Assembly: GCA_028534125.1 (NCBI GenBank)
Contig: CM052817.1
Span: 4,962,001-5,026,000, forward strand
Source: Lama glama
Taxonomy: Eukaryota
Direction: 5' to 3'
DNA: 64,000 bases
The translations under genes were made by a program, and so were the position numbers. This document shows, piece by piece, positions 39,174 through 50,705 of the stretch. Positions within the stretch are counted from its first letter, which is position 1. Every line of letters starts with the position of its first letter. The notes under the pieces are model-generated. The model saw only the letters and a list, made by a program, of their open reading frames with translations, made no database searches and was not told the origin of the DNA.

Positions 39174-40763
39174 CAAATGTTTTCTGAAGGTGGTATCTGA
39201 GATGCCTGTTGCTAACGACCAAGTGCTGTCAGATGTGTCGTTACCATCTTCCTGTAGGTTTCTGCACAAAGAGACCTCCATCAGAGCCTGGTCTGTGTGG
39301 TGGTCTCAGTCGGTGTGGTCCTACATATCTGTGAGAGATGCATTTTCCTGTAGGCCCCCAGAGGTGGCACAAGGAAGAGCGTTAGGTGCCAGACACTGGT
39401 GTTAGGCAGGCCTGTGGGTGATTCCCAGCTGATCCATACACAGGCCATGGGACCCTGGGCAGTTTTCCCGAGGTCCTCTGTAAACTCTCTAGCAAAATGC
39501 AGGTTCTGAGACCTCCCTGGCTGAGCTGTGATATTAATCCCCAGTGAGGTATGAAAAGTTGTCCACAAAGGCATCAGTAAGTTACAGCTGCTGTTAATAT
39601 TATGTGGATGCAAGTTAAATGTTTGCCGTCAGAATGTAGATGGTCATGGTACAGTTACGCAGTGGCATATTTTCAGCTCTCGTTTAGCTTTAAATTGCTT
39701 ATGAGACAGATCTGTTCTGGCCAGGCAGGTGTCTGCATCATCAGCCACCCAATAACTGGTTTGGGAGAGCGAGTTCATTCACTGGACCATGTCACTGCCC
39801 TGCTTAAAATCCTTCAGTGATTACAGATGCCTATAAAGTCAAGTCCAAACACATGGCCACTGGGCCCTTTCAGGCCGGCCCAGCACTCAGTGTTCATCTC
39901 CTGTGACTTCCAGCCTCACACTCCACACTGTAGGAGTACTCAAGCCCCTACGATCTCCGCAGTGAGTCATGATGACTCTTTACCATCTGTCTTTGCACAT
40001 TCTGTTCCCCTCCTCAAAACACCCTTCCGCCTCTACTGACGTCTCCTTCCTGGGAACTCCTACCATTTCTGCAAGACCTAGTCTAAAAGAAAGACTTCTC
40101 AGACCCTCGTCCCTGCCCCCGGGTTAGGGCCCCTCCTTTAGGATGCAGGATGCCAGTCGCCCAAGTTCACTGCACTGTCTTGGCTGGCTATCTGCTCTAT
40201 GAGCTTCCTGAGGGTTAGAGCTTTAACTTCATCCTCTCTGTATCCCTGCTGCCCAGCACAAGGGTGGGTGCAAAAAGGACGATCAGTCAACACCTACGAA
40301 ATCAACGAATCAATTGGCAGCAAATAGCAGTGTTTCACTTACACCGGTATTGAGAAAGATGCTGGCAAAAATCAAACAAGTTAATGTTTCACTGAGCTGG
40401 AAGCCGGCAAAATGAGAGTCCTAACCTGGTATTTCAACCCGCCCCAAAACAGGTAGTTGACCTTGAGCCTGACCACTCTTGGAATGAGGAACAACAGCAG
40501 AAAATCAAAAGGTTGGCTACTCCAGATATAACTATATTGCCAATAAATATGTCAAAGCATGTATCCTGGGATAAAGGATCAAGACCATTGTCGATACAAG
40601 GGAGGCAAATTTCCTCTGCAAATTCAAGACAAAGATGCTAAGAAAGTTACCTAAAGGATGACCTTTGACCCAGGCTGTTACCATGAACCTCTAACACTGG
40701 GGCTGGTATATACGTTTGTGCTTTCTTCTGGGAAAGGAGTCCCTGGCTTTCATCAAAGAGTCC

Positions 40764-41178
40764 TGTTACGGGCTGAACTTCGTCCCCTCCAAACTTCAGA
40801 TATCGGAACTCCAACCTCCAACATGACTATATTTGGAGACAGGGCTTTTAAGGAGATAATTCATGTTCAGCAAGGTCATAAGGATGGGGCCCTAATCCTA
40901 TGGGACTGGTGTTCTTATAAAAAGAGGAAAAGTCAGCAGAGCTCTGTCTCCTCCCGTGCACAGGGGAAAGGCCATGGGAGGACCCAAGGAGAAGGGGCTG
41001 TCTGCCAGCCAGGAAGGGGGTTCTCACCAGAACTCAACCCTGCTGACACTTTGATCTTGGACTTTCAGCCTCCAAAACAGGGAGAAAATACATTTCTGTT
41101 GCTAAGCCCCCACCAGCAACAAACTGCTGTTTACGCATCTGTGGTATCTTGTTACAACAGCCCGAGCAGACTAATACA
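40764..41178 (+). mobile_element. MaLR (MLT1A/MST-like) solo LTR
   Basis: tgttacgggctgaac...cagactaataca; 5-bp flanks agtcc/cgtcc. Confidence 0.82.
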
Positions 41179-41423
41179 CGTCCCTTCCCCAGAGTAGACA
41201 GGAAACCTTTGACTTGCTGAGAACAGAGAGTTTCTGGCCCAGGTCCTCCTCTCCATCTGTCAATGAGTGTATCTTCTCATAGGGTCTGAGCAACTCGGAA
41301 TGTAACCGCACAGGACAGAAGTGCTTCAAAAGGGCCAAGCCTGTCCCACATTGACCCCAAGAGGGCCGTCCCATAGCAGAGCACACATTTGAATACTGAT
41401 TTCACTGTCAAGATCACTTTCAA

Positions 41424-41575
41424 GGGGCAGGTATAGCTCAGTGGGAGAACATGTGCTTAACATGCACAAGGTCCTGGGTTCAATACCCAGTCCTTCCCTT
41501 AAAAATAAATAATAAATAAATAAACCTAATTATCTTCCCCACACAAAAGAAAAATAAAATAATAATTAAAAAAAA
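41424..41575 (+). mobile_element. tRNA-derived SINE (Vic-1-like)
   Basis: ggggcaggtatagctcagtgg...ggttcaatacccag with A-rich tail; degenerate TSD aagatcactttca/aagataactctga. Confidence 0.87.
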
Positions 41576-42991
41576 AGATAACTCTGATTTCCAGAGAGCA
41601 GTTCAGGATCACTGTGAACTTGGCTGGGGAAGAGTTCAGCTACATGGTGTCCAAATGCATCCTGGGACACACAGGAGCCTCCTCCACCACCCGTCTACCT
41701 CTTCTCTGTCCTCTCCTGGCTCTCCACCTGCCTGTGCTCCAGACTAAACAACCAGGAAGGGCTCAGCCCTCCTTGCATCCCCAGGTCCCTGCACTGGCCC
41801 CCGTCACTGCTGTTATCACCACGAATGGTCCCTGGTTATTCAGCGCCACTAGACTAGGAGCTCCTTTAAGAAAGGACCAAATGGGCCTGGCTTATTGAAT
41901 TACATTGACTGTATTCAGGTGTCTTTTGAGAGGGACTGCCGGGACAAGCATCTGACTATCACCCTCAGCCTTGGTAGATCAGAGACCATGATCTGTGCCC
42001 ACAAACCTATGCCTGGGCACGGAAAGCACTGCCTTCAGGGAAGACTTTCCAGCCTCAAAGCCAGCTCCGACCAGAGCACATCCCTTCCTCCAACTGTAAA
42101 ATGGAAAAACGAAAGTACCAATCTCACAGGTGACCACAGACAAAGCCCTAGAACAGTGCGTGGTACCCGGAATACGCTCAGTAGTCCCAGCTCTTGTCTG
42201 GGGCAAGCGGAGGCTGGAGAAACCAGTGCAACAGGAAACCGAGCTTTTCGAGGCAAGGAGTTAACACTCTGTGCAGAGCTCTGTACTGATTATATTTACA
42301 AGGCACTTCTCGCATGAATTACCAGCGGTTAGTAAGGCAGTAGGTGGTATCACACTTCTCATCTCCTGCGTGAAGAAATAAAGGTTTCAGAGAGTTTAAG
42401 TAAGCTGCCCACAGACACACAGCGCTGGAAAAGGGGTTCTGCTAGGTCAAATAACGAGCTCTACCGACCTGAGCATCCAGGAACCCCAGCTCTGGAGTTC
42501 TGATGAGGTTGGCCCGCCTGCACCACTCCTCCACCTGGGAGGCTGCCAGCCGCGGGACGCCTTCCGCCCAGCCACAGAGTTTAAACCAAGAAAAGTTTCC
42601 TGAGGCCGCCCTGGGCGACTGAGGACGGCAGCATGGAACCTGCCCGAGCACGAGCTCGATGCGTAGTGTACACACACGCACACACACACGCACCCAGCCT
42701 CCTTCAGCCCGGGCTCTGAAGGAGACCTAGGCTTCCTCGGAGCCGAGCAACATCCAAACTCGCCTCTGAAGTAACTCATCCCTCCTGTTCCCCCTAAGTG
42801 AAGCCTTCGGATTCAGTCTCCTCTCGGAATCCGCCGCCCGGGCCCGCACCCGGCACCGTCCCCGCCCCCAAGGGGCACCGACACGGAGGAGTTGGGTAGA
42901 AGCCCGGCGCTCGGCCAAGGGTGACGGAAGGAGGGATGTCCGGCCGATGCCCGAGGGGGCGGCGCGGGGCGGGCGCCCCTCGCCCTCTTAC

Positions 42992-43043
42992 CTTCCTCAT
43001 TCTCGTCAAACACCGGGGGCTTGTGGGAGTGGTTCCCGCCCAT
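42992..43043 (-). CDS. STK32B: First coding exon (52 nt) of serine/threonine kinase 32B (YANK2)
   Basis: Minus strand reads ATG GGC GGG AAC CAC TCC CAC AAG CCC CCG GTG TTT GAC GAG AAT GAG GAA G|gtaag = MGGNHSHKPPVFDENEE, the N-terminus of mammalian STK32B as I recall it. Strong Kozak context (AATATGG), phase-1 GT donor at 42991-42990, inside a CpG island. Confidence 0.96.
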
Positions 43044-43073
43044 ATTCCGCCGGGGCGGCTGCCGCTGCTGCCG

Positions 43074-43082
43074 CTACTACAT
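43074..43082 (-). promoter_or_regulatory. Minimal uORF / start-stop element ATG-TAG-TAG in the STK32B 5' leader
   Basis: Plus strand ctactacat = minus strand ATG TAG TAG, 39 nt upstream of and in frame with the main ATG. Confidence 0.65.
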
Positions 43083-44264
43083 GCCCGGCGGCCGGGACGC
43101 GGGGTGCAGGGTGCGGGGTGCCGGCGCGGGATGCGAGGCGAGCGCCCAGCCCAGGCTGCAGCGGCGCGCCGAGCGGGAGGGAGCCGAGCGCCGCGCAGGG
43201 GCGGGAACCGCGCCCGCCGCGCCCCCTCCTCCCGGGCGGCGCTCTCCCGCGGCGCCCGCCGCGCCCCCGCCGCGCTCGCTCGTCCGCCGCGCCCCGCGCC
43301 CGGGCCACCGAGCCGCGCTCCTCGCCAGCTGCGGCGGGCGGGAGATCGGAGGCGGCGCAGGAGTAGGAGGAGCAGGAGCAGGAGGGGAAGGAGGGGGCGC
43401 GCGGGCGAAGCGCCGCTGGGAGCCGGGGGCAGCCTGGAAGAGAAGGGCGCATCCGGCGAGCGCAGCACTAGGGGTCGCCAGGAGGAGAGGGCGCGGGCCG
43501 CCACCTCCCCCCCGCACCCACCCAATCTGCGTGCAGGGTCAGCCCGGAGGGGTCGGGTTGCTCCGTCCAGGCACAAAGCGAGCATCGTGAGCCTCTACTA
43601 TGTGCTGGTCCCCAGCTAAGCGCTTTATAAGCACGATCCCAAGTTAACCGCTCAACAACCCGACAGTTAGAAAAATCACTGTTGTCCGTTTTCGAGTCAG
43701 GTAGACTGAGGTTCAGGGGTAAAGGAGCCGTTCGGTCAGTAGGTGGTCTGTCGTGGCTCCGAAAGGAGCCCCCTCAGTCCCCATGGGCTTTCTTTGCCTA
43801 CTCGGGCTGAGACCCGAGCAGCGCTGTGTCCGCCAGTTCTGCAACAGAAGCTCTTCTTCTCAGTGAAATGTTTAATGAGCAGGAGTCTAGACCCTTTTGG
43901 ACTCAATCTGACCTCTTCATTCTACCGGGGAAACTGACTTTCAAAGGGGGCGTGGTTTGCTCAAAACCCCTCTGTGTGAGCAGTTGTGCGTGGGCTGCGG
44001 GATTCCCCCGAAATTGAGTCAAGTGGCCTGAGTCTGATAAAAAGGCGGTTCGCATCCGGGTCCTTGAGGCCCTGGCGGCGGGAGCTGGGAACCCCAGTCC
44101 AGGGACAGGTATGCTAAGGACGGGGAAGCGATGGGGGCACCCCGAGTCTCGTGGGGCAAGCGTGGACTCTCAAAGGGCGCTCCCTAAGGGAAACGCGGGT
44201 TACCCGCGCAGTGCAGGCCTCCGCACCCTGCGCGCCAGGCTACGGGAAAATCTTTGGCCACATC

Positions 44265-44278
44265 CTGCCATCTGCTGG
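44265..44278 (-). promoter_or_regulatory. Candidate CTCF site
   Basis: Minus strand CCAGCAGATGGCAG matches the core CCASYAGRKGGCRS at every position; lies at the edge of the upstream CpG patch. Motif only. Confidence 0.5.
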
Positions 44279-44600
44279 GCACCTTAAGCCACTGGCAGTG
44301 CTTTGATAGAAATTGGTGTTCCTTTTTATGTCCCCATCGTGTCTGCCCCACCCCTAAATCCCCCCGGGAGTCAGGGTTGATGGGAGGGATGTCTCTGTCT
44401 AACACAGCAAGAAAGCTCCCAGAGACAGCTGGAAGAAGTTGAAAAGATGGAGCCAGCCCCATCCAGCTGAATTTTCAAACTGCTAGGCCTCAGTTTGAGT
44501 CCTATCAGACAAGCCTCATTAACAGAACTGGTTCTACCACTTACAGGTTACTTGTTTCCCAACCCCGGAGTTCTCATCTGTTGAATGGGGAGGTTGATAT

Positions 44601-45138
44601 TGTAACAGAAAAGAACAAATCTGACTCCATATTAGATCTGTTCCTTTGGCTTTAACCCTGTGCCCTGTTTTCTAGGCTTGGCCTTGCTGGTTCTGCACCT
44701 TTTGTACAAGAATGTTACCTTTAGCCTGAAATATACAGGAGAGCCCCTTCTCAAGGCTCTGACCTTTAAGGTTATTAACACCTTTGCACTTATATAAAGA
44801 TAATAAGTTGCAGAATAGAAAATAACATTTGTTTTGATAGAGGTTTTACAGGGGCAGCATGACCTGACCGACATGGACAGCTGCAAGAACAAAGGATTCT
44901 AAAAGCAAAGAATTCCTACACCAAGAAGTTTGCACCAACCAACCACACCCCTTCCCCTTTTTAGTATAAAAGGAGCCTAAATTCTGACTTGGGGAAGATG
45001 GTTCTCCAAGACATTAGTCTGCCATTTTCTCAGTCTGCCAGCTTTACGAATAAAGTCACTATTCCTTGCCCCAGCCCCTCGTCTCCTGATTTATTGGCCT
45101 GTTGTGCGGCGAGCAGAACAAGTTTGGACTAAGTAACA
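44601..45138 (+). mobile_element. ERV1-class solo LTR (MER41/ALTR2-like; name tentative) inserted in a MIR
   Basis: TGTAAC...GTAACA termini, TATAAAA 44965-44971, AATAAA 45049-45054, 4-bp TSD atat at 44597-44600 and 45139-45142; MIR sequence continues on both sides. Confidence 0.92.
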
Positions 45139-45577
45139 ATATTAACTCCTCAGCATTGCTATAAGGATTATATCAAATAGTATTTATAAAAGCGGGCAAC
45201 AGTGCCTGGCAGGGAACAAATGATCAATAAATATTCCTTGCTTTCCAGTCTGCACACAGCATTGACTGGGTGGCCAGTCTGCAGCAGGCAAGGTACTGAA
45301 CCAAGATAAAGGAGACACAGCCCCTAGATCAAGAGGCAGGAGAAGGGATGGTGAGAGCTGTGAGTGCTAGGCCCTGTTCTGCCCAGATTTCATACCACTT
45401 TGCCACTCCCTGGCAAGCTTAACCTCTGTTGGCCTCAGTTTGTCCACCCGTAAAATGGGGATAATAATAGTATTTCTCCTTCTTGGGTCGTTATGAGAAA
45501 CAAACCAGTTGATGTTGGTGCCTGGAACATAATAAGCTCAACACAGCTGTTATTTATCATCCTGAGTAATGAGCTAT

Positions 45578-45995
45578 GGTGTAAATTGTACTATTTGCTC
45601 ACAATTCTTCCTTCTCCCCCTGTCCTCAACATGGCTCACTGAGATGAGGGGGCATCTCCTACTTTCCCACAATCAATGTGGAACTTGCCATAAGTTTTAC
45701 TTTGGCCAATGGTCCATGGGAGGACATGATGTACAATGTGCCACGTGACAGCCTTAAGATGACACGTGTTTCAGCTCTCTCGTCCTTTTGCTGTCTACCA
45801 TGAGAAGAGCTGGCCCTCAGTAGCCTCTGCTCCTAGAGTGAGAGACCCAAGGAGTACACCTAAACCCCACCTGTATCCCTAGGTAGAGCTACAAGTTCAT
45901 AAGCAAGAAAAATATGGGTTCTTGTAAGCCACTGAGATTTGGGGGTGGGGGGTGGATTGTTTCACAGCATCATCACAGAAAGAGCTGATGAATAC
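45578..45995 (+). mobile_element. MaLR (MLT1H/I-like) LTR
   Basis: tttggccaatgg...tgtaagccactgagatttggggg...gctgatgaataca. Confidence 0.65.
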
Positions 45996-46366
45996 ATATA
46001 TTAAATTACCAGTCATGCATGCAAAGACTATGAGTGTGATTTGTACTGTGTAGAAGGGATCCCAGGAGGCTATGGGAACACAGGAGGCACTTGCCCCAGT
46101 CCTGAGTCAGGAACAGCATAGGGTACCCCAGAAAGCAGTCACGAGCATTTTTTCCTTCCCTTCCTCCTTTCGCAAACAACCATTTCCTGAATACTTATGG
46201 TGAACCAGGCTCTGAGCTGGGTGCTGGAGATGGACGCAACTATGAGTAAGTCACAGTCAACTTTCACAAAGTTGAAGTTCAGAAGGCTATATTCACAGAG
46301 TGGGTCACACTTTGATTGGGGGTGGGAGGGTAAGCACAGGTATGAGGGCAGGGAAGGCCCCTGAAC

Positions 46367-46858
46367 TGTTACCAAGTCCAAGATGGTACTGCTCGCTGCA
46401 CAACAGGCCAATAAGTTGAAAGATGAGTTGTTGGGGCAAGGAATAAGGACTTTATTGGGAAAGCCAGCCAACCCAGAAGATGGTGGACTAGTGTCCCAAA
46501 GAACCATCTTCTCCAAGTTAGGATTCAGCTTCTTTTATATTAAAAGGGGAGGGGGTGTGACTGGTTGCTGCAAACTTCTTGGTGCCAGGACCCTTTGCTT
46601 TTGCCGCTGTCTAGTAGGTCGGGTCATGTTCCTATAACCTCCAGCAGGGCAAGCGTTAGTCTCTGCCCCGCAACTTTTTCTGTCTATATGAATGGGAAAG
46701 TGCAATACCTTTAAAGGTCGGAGCCTTGAGAATGGGCTGTCCTGTATATTCCCAGTTCTAGGCAACATTCTTAACTTGCAGCAAAAGCAACAGAATACAA
46801 AGGTAAGTGTAAAGGAAATAGATTCAATATGGAGTCAGATTTGTTCTTCCCTATTATA
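46367..46858 (-). mobile_element. ERV1-class solo LTR related to 44601-45138, opposite orientation
   Basis: Reverse complement starts tataatagggaagaacaaatctgactccatatt and ends ttggacttggtaaca; TATAAAA at 46533-46539 and AATAAA at 46451-46456 (minus); TSD gaac at 46363-46366 and 46859-46862. Confidence 0.92.
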
Positions 46859-47624
46859 GAACCACGCTCAAAGAAATGCTCTGGAGAGAGATGGTGCATG
46901 AGCTGAGACTGGAAGGGCGAGGAGGAATAAGCCAGGGACCACTGTGCAAAGTCCCAAGGAGGAGAGAAAAGGGCACCTGCGGAAGCCAGGGCTGCTGCAG
47001 GTCTTTGGAGCGCAGTGACCCAGTACAGGGGTCGGAACGTGCGCGTGCGTAGGTGGGCACTCTGTGTGCCAGGCTCTGGGCCAGCACTTTTGCAAGAGGC
47101 AGGACCCTCCAGGCAACCCCTTCCCTCATCCTTTCCCCATTTACAGATACTGCGTTTGGCCTGTTATTTCAAGTGCTTTTCATGGATCAAGCCTCACAAG
47201 CAACCTGGCTGGTGGGCATGACCATCACCCCTGTACTAAGGGAGACAAAAGCATAGGATGGCTAAGCCAAGGCCAAATGTTTGCAAAGGGGTGAAGATTT
47301 AAATCCACAAATTAAACATATGTATTAGATCTGTAAGAAAGGACATAGGGAACAGTGGCTATTTCTGGCATTGTGCAATTCAGATCATTTTTATTTTATT
47401 TTTAAAGTATTTTTGTATTATTCTACATATTATTTTAGTACTCACTAAAAACAATGATAAATATCTTCATTTTGAAAAAAAAATCTGTGGACGCTGAACC
47501 ACACCTGATTCTGTAAGGTGGGTTTCACAGTTCATCACTACGTTACAGTGATCATCCTCATTTTACAGATGGAGAGAAAAAGTCTCAGAGGGTCAAATGG
47601 CTTGTCCTTAATGTCACCATGGTT

Positions 47625-48060
47625 GTATCAGTTTCCTCTGGCTGCTGTAATAATTTATCGTGAACTTGGTGGTTTATAGCAACAGAAATATATTTTCTCA
47701 CTGTTCTGGAGGCCAGGAGTCCAAAATGAAGGTGTCTGCAGTGGGGATTCCCTCTGGAGGCCTTGAAGGATCAGTTCCAGACCTCTTCCAGCTTCTGGCC
47801 ATTCCTTGTCATAGGGCTGAAGAACTTCAGTCCCTGCTGCCGTCTTCACGTGGCCTTCTGTCTCCCCATGTCACCTCCTCCTCTGTCTCTTGTAAGGACA
47901 CTTATTGGATTAGGACCCACCTGGACAACCCAGGATGATCTCATCTCAAGATCCTTAACCACCTGCAAAGACTCTTTTTTCCAAATAAGATCACATTCAG
48001 TTTCTGGCCAGGGTTAGAACTTGGATGTATCTTACTGTGGGTCACCCTTCAACCAACACA
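47625..48060 (-). mobile_element. MaLR (MLT1B-like) LTR
   Basis: tgtatcagtttcctctggctgctgtaataa...ttccaaataagatcacattc...ttcaaccaacaca. Confidence 0.8.
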
Positions 48061-48299
48061 GTTACTCAGTAGCAAAACCGTCTCCCTCCAGGCATGCGTG
48101 GACCCATCACGTGGCGCTGCTCCCTCCTTCTACTCTAGGTCTTTGTGCCAGGATCTGTGTGCCCCTAAGGTCTTGTTCAGTACAGAGCTGATGCTCACAA
48201 TTATTTACTGACAAAATGATGAATGAGATGGTTGCAGATGAGTAGAAATGGAGATTTGGGTGGGAAACACGAACAGAATTCCTTCTCCATCGTCACCAA

Positions 48300-49450
48300 T
48301 CAGGCATCTAAACTTTCAAGCGGGGTAGTCAGGGAAGCCTCACTGGGCAGACACCAGAGCAGAATGCGGAGGCAGCAGGGGAGTTGGCTGCCCGGACGCC
48401 TGGGGCGAAAGCCCCACAGGCAGCAGGGGCAGCCGCCACGGCAGCCCAGCGCAGCGGGCTTGCTCAGAGCTGCGTGGGGCCATGGAGACAGGAGAACACG
48501 GGAGGAAGTGAGTACGGAGCAGGTGAAGCAGAGACGGGCAGCGAGCCCCCTCGGGCAGGGCCTGGGGGGCGACTGCAAAGCCTCAGGGCTTTAACCTGAA
48601 TGAATGGGGACCCACTGGAGAGCTCTAAACCGAGCAGTGGCGTGACCGCATGTTTTAAGAGGATCCCTGTCATTCTGTTGAGAATAAACTGAAGCAAGGC
48701 AAAGTGCGAGCAGGAACACTGGATTGGGGCTATCGCAATAATCAGGCAAGCGATGGCGGTGGTGCGGACTCAGCAGGGCACAGGTGGCAGGAAGAACTGA
48801 TCAGGTCCTGGACATATTTTGGCGGTAGTGTTCATGGGATTTCCTGACACGTTGGTTAAAGGAGAGGAAAAGAAGAGTCAAGGATGCCTTCGAGGTTTGG
48901 GCTTGAACAACTGGAAGGGAAAAGTTGACTTCAACCAAGTTGGGGAAAACTGTGGGCGGGATGGATCCCTGCACTGGGGGGTGGAAGGCAGCAGGAGGGG
49001 ATGGGAGGGGAAGCGGGGAGATCTGCAGTCCTGTTTGGGACGTGTCTGCTGTGGCCGTTTACCAGACAGATATGTCTGGGGTTTAGGGGAGAAGTTGAGA
49101 CTGGAAATGTAAATTTGGGAATCCTGAGGGTACAAATGGCGTTCAAAGCCCTGGAATTGGAGGAGATCATCTCGGAGATGCCAAGGAAGAAAGAGACACC
49201 CGAATCGAACCCCAGGGCCTCCAACCAAAAGGGACTGGACAGATGGAGTGGCAGTCACCAGCGCAGAAGAGGAAACCGGAAGTCTGCGACGTGCTGGGAG
49301 CCACGTGGAGGAGGCACTTGAGGAGCAGAAGGTGATCTACGGCAGCAAACAGAATACCCGCGTCGGAGGGCAGATGTGAGGATCAAGCAGGCTCATGTGG
49401 GGACAGCGTGCAGCACAGCACCTGGCAGATGGGTAGCGATCGATCCATGT
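48300..49450 (-). mobile_element. L2 LINE fragment
   Basis: agagtcaaggatgccttcgaggtttgggcttgaacaactggaagg; gaaatgtaaatttgggaatc. Confidence 0.72.
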
Positions 49451-50229
49451 TTATTACCGGTCGTGAGGACAACACAAGAAGTGGGCCCGATAGAAAGCTG
49501 GTTAGATGTAATGTTCGAACTGCTTCTGGCAAGTTGTTTCCTTGCTGTTGTTTAGTCCCTTGGTTATCATGCCCTGAGCTTGTGTTTTGTATCAGATGCG
49601 GGGCTTGGAGCACTAAGGAGACCAATTCGTAAAAAGCACACCACCACCAGCTCGTATGATAAAAGGCTGCCCCAGGCACCCTGGGCCTTTATGACGGTTC
49701 TCTGTGTCTCGTCATCCACATAACGTCGTCTTTGTTCCCAAGGATTCTGTGATATATATAGCTCTAGATTTATGAGAGATGTAAGTGAATCTATATGCAT
49801 AATTAAGAAAAAGATCTAGTACATAGGCTTAAAAGCTAAGTACAAGTGTAAGTTCTCATTTCACATAGAGGGCTCTGTTCTTAACTGTTTCTACTTACAG
49901 CTCCATAAAATACCCTTTACAGAAGGAGACTTTCTAGATGTTGTTCAGGAAGCTTGAGACAGAGGACACTTCACTGGAATTTGTAATCAGACGTCCACTG
50001 CCAAAAAAAGACAGATGGGAACCCTATTTTCCTACTGGTGCCTGAGGGAGGGCCTCTTTGGTCAGGGGGGCAGGGTCACACATTTAATCTATCACCGTCC
50101 CCGGGCTGCTTTCCCTGCCAAGGCGCATTTTCAGCCAGGACGCTCTCCAGGTGTAGAGAGGGAGGAGGGATGACAAGGGGGGTACCCGCCATTTCCCAAT
50201 CTGGTCTCCCTAGCGGATGGCTGAGGGTG

Positions 50230-50705
50230 TGTTACCAAACACAAGTTTGGGTGCCTGACACACAGTGAGGCCAAACAAACTGAAACGTCGGAGTTTGGAG
50301 CAAAGAAAGGTTTACTGCAGGGCCAAGCAAGGAGAATGGTGGCTTGTGCACAAAAACCCCTGAACTCCCCAAAGGGTTTCAGCAAAGCATTTTTAAGGGC
50401 CAAGTGAGGGAGGGGCGCCCCAGGGCTTGTGATCAGCTGTGCACAATTCTCTGGTGGGTTGACGTGGAGGGGACAGAGCGGGTGACATTATCAATCTTTA
50501 GGCGACAGAAGGTCTGGGGGCTACACGCTCATGATCATCAGGTAGTTAATTTCTTCCACTTGGTGGTGGTTTTCGCATCTGAAAAACTCAGGAAATACGC
50601 ATCAGACACTATTTTCTGGGAGTTTAATGGGGAGCTGCCACAGTGGGAGATATGGTAGGAAGGGTCCTGTCCTGGGAAGGTCCTGCAGGGGCCTGCTCAG
50701 TTGCA
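50230..50705 (-). mobile_element. ERV1-class solo LTR of a different family
   Basis: tgttacc...cagttgca termini; 4-bp flanks ggtg (50226-50229) and ggcg (50706-50709) differing by one CpG-type change. Confidence 0.8.

Larger units (their letters stand above)
1..42991 (-). other. STK32B: STK32B intron 1 (continues past the window start)
   Basis: Begins at the GTAAG donor. I did not find exon 2 (expected VNFDHFQILRAIGKGSFGK) by eye or in the ORF track; content is repeat-dominated. Confidence 0.8.
42530..43620. promoter_or_regulatory. STK32B: CpG island covering the STK32B promoter, 5'UTR and exon 1
   Basis: Very GC- and CpG-rich stretch with GC boxes (GGGGCGGG) around the start codon, in CpG-depleted flanks. 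A weaker CpG patch follows at ~43950-44260. The TSS cannot be placed. Confidence 0.92.

Noticed and set aside
40658..41197. 179-aa ORF
   Set aside because: Lies almost entirely in a MaLR LTR; no recognisable protein.
42813..42991. Continuation of the STK32B ORF past ENEE (GKRARG...)
   Set aside because: Lies beyond the GTAAG donor; intronic read-through.
42794..43619. Long overlapping ORFs (139-263 aa) on both strands
   Set aside because: Arg/Ala/Pro/Gly low-complexity translations expected from a stop-poor CpG island; only the 52-nt exon matches a known protein.
44601..46858. Interferon-responsive GAS (TTCNNNGAA) sites as reported for MER41-type LTRs
   Set aside because: I found no intact GAS motif by eye in either LTR, and the family assignment is tentative.
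44597..46862. Provirus or composite transposon bounded by the two LTRs
   Set aside because: LTRs are inverted, each has its own TSD, and the spacer is MIR/MaLR sequence without gag/pol.
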